Of a stretch of DNA of 64,000 bases, positions 10,928-22,404 are shown one piece after another (position 1 is the stretch's first letter; each line of letters opens with the position of its first letter). Origin of the DNA: Pristiophorus japonicus (Eukaryota); contig NC_091981.1 in NCBI RefSeq assembly GCF_044704955.1, positions 4,402,001 through 4,466,000 of the forward strand, read 5' to 3'. A model generated the notes under the pieces. It was not told the origin of the DNA, ran no database searches, and saw nothing but the letters and a program-made list of their open reading frames with translations. Both the position numbers and the translations under genes were made by a program.

Positions 10928-13900
10928 ATACCCGCCTCTGAGATACTAACACAGTCTTTTACAAATTGAGACGGTCCGGTGTTTTACGCTCCTGAGTTGA
11001 TCGTCTCAGTTCAACTCCAGCCTTGGGCGAGTGTTCAGAGCCTGTTGTGACTGGTGGCTGGGTGGCTGACCTGGTGGGAGTGGCAATGGCCATGTCAGGG
11101 ATTGAAAGCCCATTTTCATTGAACATGTCAGTGATTGAAAGTCCCGATTCACTGATGACCACTGAGTCCTCTGATGACTGGGGGTAGGTTGGTTGGTCGT
11201 CGATTGTCTCTTCCTCCGACTGTTCCGGTTCGCCTGTGTGCTGCGGTTTTGTCTGATCCATATGTTTCCTGCATGTTTGCCCATTTTTGAGCTGGACAAT
11301 AAATACTCAGTTGCCCTCCTTGGCCATGACAGTACCAGCGATCCACATGGGACCCTGACCATAATTCAGAACATATACAGGATCATTTACAGAAATATCG
11401 CGTGACACAGCTGCGCGATCGTGATACCCTTGCTGACTTTGTCTTCTATATTCAACATGATTATTCAAGTCAGAGTGTACAAGAGATAGCTTGGTCTTAA
11501 GACCTCTCTTCATCATTAGCTTAGCAGGTGAGACCCCAGTAAGCGTGTGTGGTCTTGTCCTGTAACTAAGCAGTATGCATGACAGGTGGGTCTGCAGTGA
11601 CCCTTGGGTTACTTGCTTCATACTCTGCTTTATGATTTGGACAGCATGTTCTGCTTGCCCATTGGATGCAGGTTTGAATGGTGCTGACCTTACATGTTTG
11701 ATACCATTGAGTTTCATGAACTCTTGAAACTCCTGACTGGTGAAGCACGATCTGTTGTCGCTAACAACGATGTCAGGCAGACCATGTGTTGCGAACATGA
11801 CACTGAGATTCTCAATGGTAGCTGTGGATGTGCTGGATGACATGATTATACACTCTATCCACTTCAAATATGCATCCACCTCAACTAAAAACACCTTCCC
11901 CAGGAAGGGACCTGCAAAGTCGATGTGTTTCATGGTTTCAACAGCCACGACCACAGACTCAGCGGCGATTCCGCTGGTGCTTTGCTGAGCTGCAAACTGT
12001 ACACATGATTCTAGCTCAGAGTCAATTCCCAGCCACCATACATGAGACCTGGCGATGGCTTTCATCATTACAATGCCGGAATGTGTGCTATGTAGCTCAC
12101 GTACAAATTTCTCTCTCCCTTTCTTGAGCATAACAACACGATTGTCCCACGGTATACAATCCGACTGAATGTAAGGTTCGGTCTCCTCGCACATTTGCTT
12201 GGGTATGGCAGACCAATCACCTTCGAGGATGCAACTCTTCACCACCGATAAAATCGGGCCCTGGCTGGTCCAGGTCTTAACTTGTTGAGCCGTGACAGGG
12301 ATTCCTTCACTCTCAAAAGCATCCATACCTAACAATAGGTCCGCTGGTTGTGGCGTTTCCACCTCCGGTGTGGGCAATGGCAGACGGCTCAAAGCATCGG
12401 CACAATTCTCGGTGCCAGGTCTATGGCGAATGACATAATCATAAGCGGATAATGTCAGCGCCCACCTCTGGATGCGGGATGAAGCATTGATATTGATACC
12501 TAAGATCATGCGTAACTGACCTGACAGGGGAGTAACTACCATAACCCCAAGGTGGTTCTCCCTGGATCAGGAAGGTATATGCTTGCTTTTTTGGAAACAG
12601 GAGGTGGGTGGGGGGCTTGACCCATCCACCTCCACGGAGGTGTGTGGGGGACCTGACCCATCCACCTCCATGGCACGAACCTGGTATTGCAGTACTTCCA
12701 GGAACGGTGCAGTGGCTCTAGGCCTTTTGGCTAAGAGCATTGGCGCAGAGTGATCCTTGAATGGGCCCAAGGTGACCTCTGGCGTTTGTGATTTGACAAA
12801 GAATTGGAACGATTGGCTACGAATTTCAAAAAAAAAAAAAATTAGCTTGTTGGAGTATGCAACCAATTCCATATGATGAAACATCACAGGCCAATACTAA
12901 ACGTTTACATGGGTCATAATGTACCAGCAGTTTGTTAGAGCAAAGTAGATTAGTGGCTTTCTGAAAAGCTTTGTCTTGAGACGCACCCCTCACCCAGTTG
13001 TTGCCTTTTCTTAGCAGCATATGCAGTGGTTTTAATAAGGTGCTCAATTTAGGTAGGAAGTTACCAGGAACGAACGCAGCTCCGTTACATTCTGCGGCTT
13101 GGGTGCATTCTTCATGGCCTTGGTTTTCACGTCCGTGGACCTGATGCCGTCAGCAGCAATTTTCCTCCCCAGGAATTCGACCTCTGGTGCCATGAAGACG
13201 CACTTCGAGCGTTTCAGTCTGAGTCCCACTTTGTCCAGACGATGTAGAACCTCTTCCAGGTTGTTCAGATGTTTCTCGGAGTCACAACCTGTGATCAGGA
13301 TGTCATCTTGGAACACGACGATTCTGGGAACAGACTTCAGTAGACTCTCCATGTTCCTCTGAAATATTGCTGCAGCCAAGCGAAAAGGGCACCTGTGATA
13401 AATGAACAGTCATAATGCATGTAAGTCTCTTCGACGTCTCCTGTGTCATGTAGGCCGACGTCAAGTCCAGTTTGGTGAACGATTTCCTCCCGGCTAGCAT
13501 TGCAAACAAGTCATCAGCCTTCGGTAATGGGTACTGATTCTGTTTCAAAACCCTGTTGATCGTAGCCTTGTAGTCTCCACAGATTCTGACTGTGCCATCA
13601 CTTTTCAGCACAGGAACAATGGGGTTGGCCCATTCATTAAATTCAACCGGTGATATGCTCCCTTCACGCTGGAGTCTGTCCAGTTCCATTTCGACCTTCT
13701 CCCTCATCAGATACGGAACTGCCCGAGCTTTATGATGGACGGGTCTCGCATCTGAGTCCACGTGGATCTGCACCTTGGCTCCTGTGAAGTTGCCGATGCC
13801 TGGTTCGAACAGCGAGGGGAACTTGCTCAGTACTTGGGCACATGTATCTTTCTCCAACGACAATGCCTTGATGTCGTTCCAGTCACATCTGATTTTTTCA

Positions 13901-14458
13901 AGCCAGTTCCTGCCGAACAGCATTGGGCCATTGCCTGGGACAATCCATAGCGGTAACTCATGAACCGCACCGTCATACGACACTTTCATTGTGGCACTGC
14001 CAATCACCGTTATGAGTTCTTTGGTGTACGTGTGCAACTTGGCATTGACTGGACTCAGCCTGGGCCTCACAGCCTTAGTATCCCACAGCTTGTCGAATAC
14101 CCTCTGGCTCATTATCGATTGACTCGCCCCCGTGTCCAGTTCCATCGATACCGGCACCCCATTAAATTTCACGTTGATCTTTATCTTAGTTGGGAACGAG
14201 TCCAATCCATACACTTCCACCTCTGGTATCTCGGATTGCGTATCCGGATCCACGCTAGTCTGACCATCATCCTCCACGTGGTGTGTCGCAGCACGCTTGC
14301 TCATCTGCGGACACTTGCGCTGGAGATGCCCCACTCTCAGACAGCCTTTGCAACTATATTGCTTAAATCAGCACTGCTGGTGCCGGTGATTTCCCCCACA
14401 ACGCTAACACGGAGAAGTTGGATGCATTCCGTTGGCGGACTTTGGGCAGCCACAAGTG
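10928..14458 (-). mobile_element. Decayed Gypsy (Metaviridae) LTR retrotransposon gag-pol, 5' truncated
   Basis: Order is CCHC knuckles (CKGCLRVGHLQRKC), protease (MELDTGAS), RT (VRICGDYK, VVFQDDILI), RNase H (LACDVSSYGIG), integrase (HIDFAGPF, VVSDN, SNGQAE); stops and frameshifts present. Confidence 0.92.
12500..12840 (+). mobile_element. Polyadenylated U2/U1 snRNA mosaic retroposon (SINEU-like) inserted in the Gypsy RNase H
   Basis: 12679-12711 matches the U2 3' stem-loop IV region at 32/33; 12721-12736 ggccttttggctaaga = U2 nt 11-26; 12515-12565 resembles the U1 5' end; poly(A) at 12828-12840. Confidence 0.8.
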
Positions 14459-14774
14459 ATAAATCATATTCTATTTCTAAAAATGTGATGGATTTCTTGT
14501 AGTTTTGAGGTTATATGTTAAGAGAAAAGTTCTGGCCCTAACTGTGTTGGAAGAGATACAGCAACAAGCTCATTTTAAAAGCACACACCCATTCCCCATT
14601 GATCAAATCGACTGCCAAAAATCAACTTTTAACAAACGCACAAGTATAATCCACTGTGTGAAGTCTTGGAGCTTGCATTGCGTCTGGAACACGAAACGGT
14701 GCCTTCAGGAGGGGAGAGAATTGGTGGAATTTAAAAATAATATCAGAGTGGGTGTATATTTCCTGATGGGATGT

Positions 14775-16070
14775 GAGTCAGCCTCTGAGTCCGAAGGTCG
14801 TGGGTTCAAGTCCCACTCCAGGCTACAAAATCTAGGCTGACGCTCCCACTGCAGTACTGAGGGAGTGCCGCACTGTCGGAGGGGCAGTACTGAGGGAGTG
14901 CCGCACTGTCGGAGGGGCAGTACTGAGGGAGTGCCGCACTGTCAGAGGGGCAGTACTGAGGGAGTGCCGCACTGTCGGAGGGGCAGTACTGGGGGAGTGC
15001 CGGGCTGTCGGAGGGGCAGTACTGAGGGGGTGCCGCACTGTCGGAGGGGCAGTACTGAGGGAGTGCCGCGCTGTCGGAGGGGCAGTACTGAGGGAGCGCC
15101 GCACTGTCGGAGGGGTGGTACTGAGGGAGCGCCGCACTGTCGGAGGGGCAGAACTGATGGAGTGCTGCACTGTCAGAGGGGCAGTACTGAGGGAGTGCTG
15201 CACTGTTGGAGGGGCAGAACTGATGGAGTGCTGCACTGTCGGAGGGGAAGTACTGAGGGAGTGCTGCACTGTCGAAGGGGCAGAGCTGATGGAGTGCTGC
15301 ACTGTCGGAGGGGAAGTACTGAGGGAGTGCTGCACTGTCGGAGGGGCAGTACTGAGGGAGTGCTGCACTGTCGGAGGGGAAGTACTGAGGGAGTGCCGCA
15401 CTGTCGGAGGGGCAGTACTGAGGGAGAGCTGCACTGTCGGAGGGGCAGTACTGAGGGAGTGCTGCACTGTCGGAGGGGCAGTACTGAGGGAGTGCTGCAC
15501 TGTCGGAGGGGAAGTACTGAGGGAGTGCTGCACTGTCGGAGGGGCAGTACTGAGGGAGAGCTGCACTGTCGGAGGGGCAGTACTGAGGGAGTGCTGCACT
15601 GTCGGAGGGGCAGTGCTGAGGGAGTGCTGCACTGTCGGAGGGGCAGTACTGAGGGAGTGCTGCACTGTCGGAGGGGCAGTGCTGAGGGAGTGCTGCACTG
15701 TCGGAGGGGCAGTACTGAGGGAGTGCTGCACTGTCGGAGGGGCAGTGCTGAGGGAGTGCTGCACTGTTGGAAGGGCAGTACTGAGGGAGCGCTGCACTGT
15801 CAGAGGTGCCGTCTTTCAGATGAGATGTTAAACCGAGGCCCCGTCTGCTCTGTCAGGTGGATATCAAAGATCCCATGGCACGATTTCAGAGAAGCGCAGG
15901 GGAATTATCCCGGGATCCTGGCCAATAATTATCCCTCAACCATGCCTTAAAAAGAAATGAACTGGTCATTATCAGATTGCTATTTGTGCGCAAATTGGCT
16001 GTTGTGTTTCCTGCTTTACAATAGGGACTACACTCCAAAAAGCACTTCATTGGCTGTAAAGCGCTTTAAA
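14775..16070 (+). mobile_element. tRNA-headed DeuSINE/SacSINE1-like SINE with an internal 33-bp tandem expansion (~29 units, ~14850-15805)
   Basis: B box gggttcaagtccc; unit gcagtactgagggagtgctgcactgtcggaggg; family body and L2-like tail follow the array. Confidence 0.8.
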
Positions 16071-16299
16071 AAAAGAAAAGAAAGACTTGCATTTATATAG
16101 CGCCTTTTGCGACCACTGGACGTCTCAAAGCGGCGTATAACGCCCCTCACACCAGCCATCCCCTTTACACGCGGGGCGTTGAAGCGTGTCAGCACTACAC
16201 GGAGCCTCTGCGTAGCGCTGCCGATCATGCCCCAGAAGCGCCGCTCCAGGAAGTGAAGGATGTGAGATTGTGCTCCCCTCTGCACGGCTTCCACTGTCC

Positions 16300-16950
16300 A
16301 CCGGGGGAGTGGGGACCGGGGCAGAGTGGGGACCGGGGCAGGGTGGGACCGGCGGAGTGGGGACCGGGGCAGAGTGGGACCGGGGGAGTGGGGACCGGGG
16401 GCAGGGTGAGACCGGGGGAGTGGGGACCGGGGCAGGGTGGGACCGGGGGAGTGGGGACCTGGGCAGGGTGGGACCGGGGGAGTGCGCCGGGACAGGGTGG
16501 GACCGGGGGAGTGGGGACCGGGGCAGGGTGGGACCGGGGGAGTGGGGACCGGGGCAGGGTGGGACCGGGAGAAGGGATGGGGGGGGGGCGCCGGGACAGG
16601 GTGGGACCGGGGGAGTGGGGACCGGGGCAGGGGGGGACCGGGGGAGGGCGCTGGGACAGGGTGGGACCGGGGGAGTGGGGACCGGGGCAGGGTGGGATCG
16701 GGGGAGTGGGGACCGGGGCAGGGTGGGACCGGGGGAGTGGGGACCGGGGCAGGGTGGGACCGGGGGAGGGGGAATCGGGGCAGGGTGGGACCGGGGGCAG
16801 GGTGGGACTGGGGGAGGGGGGAACCGGGGCAGGGTGTGACCGGGGGCAGGGTGGGACAGGTTTGCCGCACGCTCCTTCCGCTGCCTGCGCTTGGTTTCTG
16901 CATGCTCTTGGCGACGAGACTCGAGGTGCTCAGCGCCCTCCCGGATGCTC
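16300..16950 (-). repeat. G-rich ~32-bp minisatellite joined to an RTE 3' fragment
   Basis: Unit ggggcagggtgggaccgggggagtggggacc; runs directly into RTE sequence ggtttgccgcacgctccttccg at ~16860. Confidence 0.85.
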
Positions 16951-17249
16951 TTAATGTTGAACACTGGCTGTTGCTAGGGTGATCTGTAATCCTTTCTCTC
17001 TCTCCCTCTATCTCTCTCAACTGTTAGGCTGGGGTGTCTCTCTCTCTCTCTCCCCCATACTAACACACCCTGTTGTGTACTTTCGAAAGAGCAGATGTGT
17101 GGACCTGCCTCTCTCTTCCCCAGCCCTCCCTCAAACCCTCCCAAGGCCCACGCACAGTTTAATCTGTAGGGACCCTGTTTTGCTCAATATGTCAAATGGT
17201 ATCAGCGGCCAGGCCAGTACAATCACATAAAACGAGATCATGTGAGTAT

Positions 17250-17854
17250 TGTAATGCATTTGCTTCATAGCAACACATTGCTGTGAAGAACTAGTTGGTT
17301 TATTAGCAAAAGGTTTAACAATCACACTACACATTACCAGTAGAGGAATGTAGAGGGATGTGATCGGGGCCCAGGAGAGCCAAGGGCCCGGGGCAGCAAG
17401 GTCCAGCCCACACTGTGCGATATGTGAGCGCACTAGGTCCGTGCAGCAGAGCAGGTCTCCAGTCGTCCTGGTTAACCCTTGCCACTGGACCAAGACCTCG
17501 CTCTGTCAAGCCTCGTGTGGTGGCTGGTGTGCAACGGTCACCCCACGTTAAAAAAATCCACCCACAGGCATCTTCCACCCTTCAGGATGTAGTTCGGGAT
17601 CCGGAATATTAGGTCCTTCATTGAAACATCTGTGAACTCATTCCTTTTCGGCGTGGAAGCAAGTCATTCTCGCTTCGAGGGACTGCTTATGATGATGACA
17701 TTACCAGTTCATCCACCAGGCTCACAACCACCTGCCTCATCGTGACTCCCCTGAACCTAACAGGCTGGAGTTTTATTGAGTCTTGTGAACATCACGTGAC
17801 TGGCTAAGCCACTCCCTACTCAACAGCTCGACAAACCTGTGAGCATACATTACA
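17250..17854 (-). mobile_element. Solo LTR interrupted by an RTE-tailed SINE (17342-17697)
   Basis: Termini tgtaatg / cattaca; insert flanked by an 11-bp TSD acattaccagt (17331-17341, 17698-17708). Confidence 0.75.
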
Positions 17855-18054
17855 GGTGTGACAAAGAAAAGACATCACTCTGAAATAATACGCATAAATG
17901 AATGCCTTTGCATAAGTATTCACTATAGTTGGAGAATATCTACGCTGTGGAGATTTGATAAGAGGTGTTTAAAATCATGAAGGGTCTTGAGAGAGTAGAT
18001 AGAGAGAAACTGTTTTCCAATGGTGGAAGAGTCGATAACCAGAGGACACAGATT

Positions 18055-18572
18055 TATTGGCCGAGAAATTCCGGTCGACTGCTTCCCGCGAGCGCTCGAC
18101 AGATAAAGGTAAAAAAGATGCGCCCCTACTGTTCCTGCTGCGCCCACGCGAGTTCCCGGTCCTGAGGCCACTGACTGCCTGTCGCAGCACATGCACGTCG
18201 GCACATGCGCAGGGCCAGAGCTGCAGTCACATGGCTCTGGGCAGCCAATCCAGATACAGTATTTTCTCATTCATAATAATGGGAACTCCATAAGTTGGAG
18301 AACCCATTATTATGAATGAGAAACCCCCCCCTCCCAACACACAAAACACTTATAAAAAATAGAAAAAATACACCTCATATTTAAGATTAATTTAAATTAA
18401 AGTTAATAAATGTCTTATTAAAAAAAAATATTTTCCCGGTTTTTATTGAAGTTTTTTTAATTATGGTTTGAAATAAACCTACCTTAGTGGGCAGGGTTTT
18501 TAACATTAAAATGTGTTTTTTAAATTTTATTTTACATGTTTTAAAACTCTTATGCCTGTAAAAGTAGGCTAT
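18055..18572. mobile_element. Partial non-autonomous DNA-transposon-like repeat with an internal hairpin
   Basis: Related, in opposite orientation, to 35826-36550; internal palindrome ttctcattcataataatggg...cccattattatgaatgagaa. Confidence 0.55.
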
Positions 18573-18574
18573 AA

Positions 18575-21500
18575 GAACTTAAGAACATAAGAAATAGGTG
18601 CAGGAGTAGGCCATACAGCCCCTCGAGCCTGCACCACCATTCAATATGATCATGGCTGATCATTTTTGCAACTTCAGTACCCCATTCCTGCTTTCTCTCC
18701 ATACCCCTTGATCCCTTTCGCTGTAAGGGCCATATCTAACTCCCTTTTAAATATGTCTAACGAACTGGCCTCAACAACTTCCTGTGGTAGAGAATTCCAC
18801 TGGTTCACAATTCCCTGAGTGAAGAAGTTTCTCCTCATCTCGGTCCTAAATGGCTTACCCCTTATCCTTAGACTGTGACCCCTGGTTCTGGACTTCAACA
18901 TCTGGAATATTCTTCCTGCATCTAACCTGTCCAATCCCGTCAGAAGTTTATATGTTTCTATGAGATCCCCTCTCATTCTTCTAAATTCCAGTGAATATAA
19001 GCCTAGTTGATCCAGTCTTTCTTCATATGTCAGTCCTGCCATCCCGGGAATCAGTCTGGTGAACCTTCGCTGCACTCTCTCAATAGCAAGAATGTCCTTC
19101 CTCAGATTAGAAGACCAAAACTGTACACAATACTCCAGGTGTGGCCTCACCAAGGCCCTGTACAACTGTAGTAATACCTCCCTGCTCTTATACTCAAATC
19201 CCCTCGGTATGAAGGCCAACATGCCATTTGCCTTCTTCACCGCTGTACCTGCATGCCAACTTTCAATGACTGATGTACCATGACACCCAGGTCTCGTTGC
19301 ACCTCCCCTTTTACTAATTACCTATTGAGATAATATTCAGCCTTCCTGTTTTTGCCACCAAAGTGGATAACCTCACATTTATCTACATTATACTGCATCT
19401 GCCATGCATTTGCCCACTCACTTAAACCTGCCCAAGTCACTCTGCAGCCTCTTAGCATCCTCCTCACAGCTCACACTGCCACCTATTCAATTCCTTCATC
19501 TAAATCATTAATGTATATAGTAAATAGCTGGGGTCCCAGCACTGAACCTTGCGGTACCCCACTAGTCACTGCCTGCCATTCTGAAAGGACCTGTTTATTC
19601 CTACTCTTTGCTTCCTGTCTGCCAACCAGTTCTCTATCCACGTCAATGCATTACCCCCAATACCATGTGCTTTAATTTTGCACACCAATCACTTGTGTGG
19701 GACCTTGACAAAAGCCTTTTGAAAGTCCAAATACACCACATCCACTGGTTCTCCCTTATCCACTCTACTAGTTACATCCTCAAAAATCCTCAAACAAATG
19801 TCAAGCATGATTTCCCTTTCATAAATCCATGCTGACTTGGATTGATCCTGTCACTGCTTTCCAAATGCGCTGCTATTACATCTTTAATAATTGATTCCAA
19901 TATTTTCCCCACTTCTGATGTCAGGCTAATCGGTCTGTAATTCCCTGTTTTCTCTCTCACTCCTTTTTAAAAAAGTGGGGTTACATTAGCTACTCTCCAA
20001 TCCATAGGGATTGATCCAGAGTCTATAGAATGTTGGAAAATGACCACCATCGTTTACAATATACATAGATGACCTGGAAGAGGGGACAGAGTGTAGTGTA
20101 ACAAAATTTGCAGATGGCACAAAGATTAGTGGGAAAGCAGGTTGTGTAGAGGACACAGAGAGGCTGCAAAGAGATTTAGATAGGTTAAATGAATGGGCTA
20201 AGGTTTGGCAGATGGAATACAATGTCGGAAAATGTGAGGTCATCCACCTTGGGAAAAAAAAACAGTAAAAGGGAATATTATTTGAATGGGGAGAAATTAC
20301 AACATGCTGCGGTGCAGAGGGACCTGGGGATCCTTGTGCATGAAACTCTTTTGGATTTTACCTGTAAAACATAAACATTAATCTGTGTCCCCCGACCTGG
20401 ATGACACACCAGACATTTACAAGGCCCTTTTTTTTTCCTTTTTTTTGTGTTTTTCTTTTTTTTTTGGTTTTTTTTTGGGCACTAATATCACATTTTTTTT
20501 TTCCCTTCCAGTGCGCCCTATAAAAGGGGAGGGGGACACTAAAAGCACCGGCAATTAAAACAAATTAAACTTTAAAACGTAAAATCAAATTAAAATTTGG
20601 TTGCCGGGCGTGATGATGCACTCCAGTCCCTCCGGTGACCACCTCTTCCTTGTGCATGAATCCCAAAAAGTTAGTTTGCAGGTGCAGCAGGTAATCAGGA
20701 AGGCGAATGGAATGTTGGCCTTCATTGCGAGAGGGATGGAGTACAAAAGCAGGGAGGTCCTGCTGCAACTGTATAGGGTATTGGTGAGGCCGCACCTGGA
20801 GTACTGCGTGCAGTTTTGGTCACCTTACTTAAGGAAGGATATACTAGCTTTTGAGGGGGTACAGAGACGATTCACGAGGCTGATTCCGGAGATGAGAGGG
20901 TTACCTTATGATGATAGATTGAGCAGACTGGGTCTTTACTCGTTGGAGTTCAGAAGGATGAGGGGTGATCTTATAGAAACATTTAAAATAATGAAAGGGA
21001 TAGACAAGATCGAGGCAGAGAGGTTGTTTCCACTGGTCGGGGAGACTAGAACTAGGGGGCACAGCCTCAAAATACGGAGGAGCCAATTTAAAATCGAGTT
21101 GAGAAGGAATTTCTTCTCCCAGAGGATTGTGAATCTGTGGACTTCTCTGCCCAAGGAAGCAGTTGAGGCTAGCTCATTGAATGTATTCAAGTCACAGATA
21201 GATAGATTTTTAACCAATAAGGGAATTAAGGGTTACGGGGAGCGGGCGGGTAAGTGGAGCTGAGTCCACGGCCAGATCAGCCATGATCTTGTTGAATGGC
21301 GGAGCAGGCTCGAGGGGCTAGATGGCCTACTCCTGTTCCTAGCTCTTATGTTCTTATTAATGTTGGGCAAGTCCAGAACCAGGGGTCACAGTCTAAGGAT
21401 AAGGGGTAAGTCATTTAGGACCGAGATGAGGAGAAACTTCTTCACCCAGAGAGTGGTGAACCTGTGGAATTCTCTACCACAGAAAGTTGTTGAGGCCAAT

Positions 21501-21690
21501 TCACTAAATATATTCAAAAAGGAGTTAGATGAAGTCCTTACTACTCGGGGGATCAAGGGGTATGGCGAGAAAGCAGGAAGGGGGTACTGAAGTTTCATGT
21601 TCAGCCATGAACTCATTGAATGGCGGTGCAGGCTCGAAGGGCCGAATGGCCTGCTCCTGCACCTATTTTCTATGTTTCTATGTTTCTATG
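18575..21690. mobile_element. Divergent CR1 copies (18575-20048 minus; 20049-21356 and 21357-21690 plus)
   Basis: ORF2 peptides at 18674-19240 and 20601-21263; tails (ttctatgt)n and (ttcttatg)n. Confidence 0.9.
20345..20646 (-). mobile_element. Tx1-like LINE 3' end inserted into CR1
   Basis: 14-bp TSD tccttgtgcatgaa at 20331-20344 and 20647-20660; similar to 10130-10195. Confidence 0.8.
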
Positions 21691-22404
21691 TGTGAATGTC
21701 CTGGGATACGGAGGACGACCTTGACAGATCGGAAAAGCCGGTTTTCAGTGCATACGGATTTTTTAGGCCAATGTAATCGGCAGAAGAACCAGAGGCGACA
21801 TGAGGAAAACCTTTTTTACGCAGCGAGTGGTTAGGATCTGGAATGCGCTGCCTGAGAGGGTGGTGGAGGCAGACTCAATCATAGCTCCTTAAAACCTGTC
21901 TCTTTGCCCAAGCTTTTGGTCACCCGCGCTAATTTCTCCTTATGCGGCTCGGTGTCAAATTTTTAAAATCTCATAATACTCCTGTGAAGCGCCCTGGGAC
22001 TTTTCACATAGATTTTTGTTGAGTATATTCAAGGCTGAGATCGATAGATTTTTGGACTCTCGGGGAATCGAGGGATATGGGGATCGGGCGGGAAAGTGGA
22101 GTTGAGGTCGAAGATCAGCCGTGATCTTATTGAATGGCGGAGCAGGCTCGAGGGGCCGAATGGCCGACTCCTGCTCCTGTTCTTATGTTCTTACTACGTT
22201 AAAGGCGCTATATAAATGCAAGTTTTCGTTGTTTAAAAGCACTTTCTGTTTCTTATTTGAGATTTGCAGCATTGGCTGCTTGTGCATGGAATCAGTATAT
22301 TGTCCACATTGAGGTGAACAGTGGGGGAAGCAGCAGGTGTGTGAGTGCTGACAGAGGGGCCAGGTGTTGCTGTTGTTGTTGTCACGGTTTTACCTGGTGT
22401 CCCC

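Noticed and set aside
12500-12740. Functional U1 or U2 snRNA gene
   Set aside because: Pieces are permuted and incomplete, the U1 5' splice-site-pairing sequence is altered, and it is polyadenylated and embedded in a retrotransposon
14850-15805. CRISPR-like array / long ORFs of 238-361 aa
   Set aside because: Units are contiguous with no unique spacers and there are no cas genes; the ORFs result from a stop-free 33-bp unit inside a SINE
16028-17020. Collagen- or extensin-like Pro/Gly-rich ORFs
   Set aside because: Translations of a G-rich minisatellite
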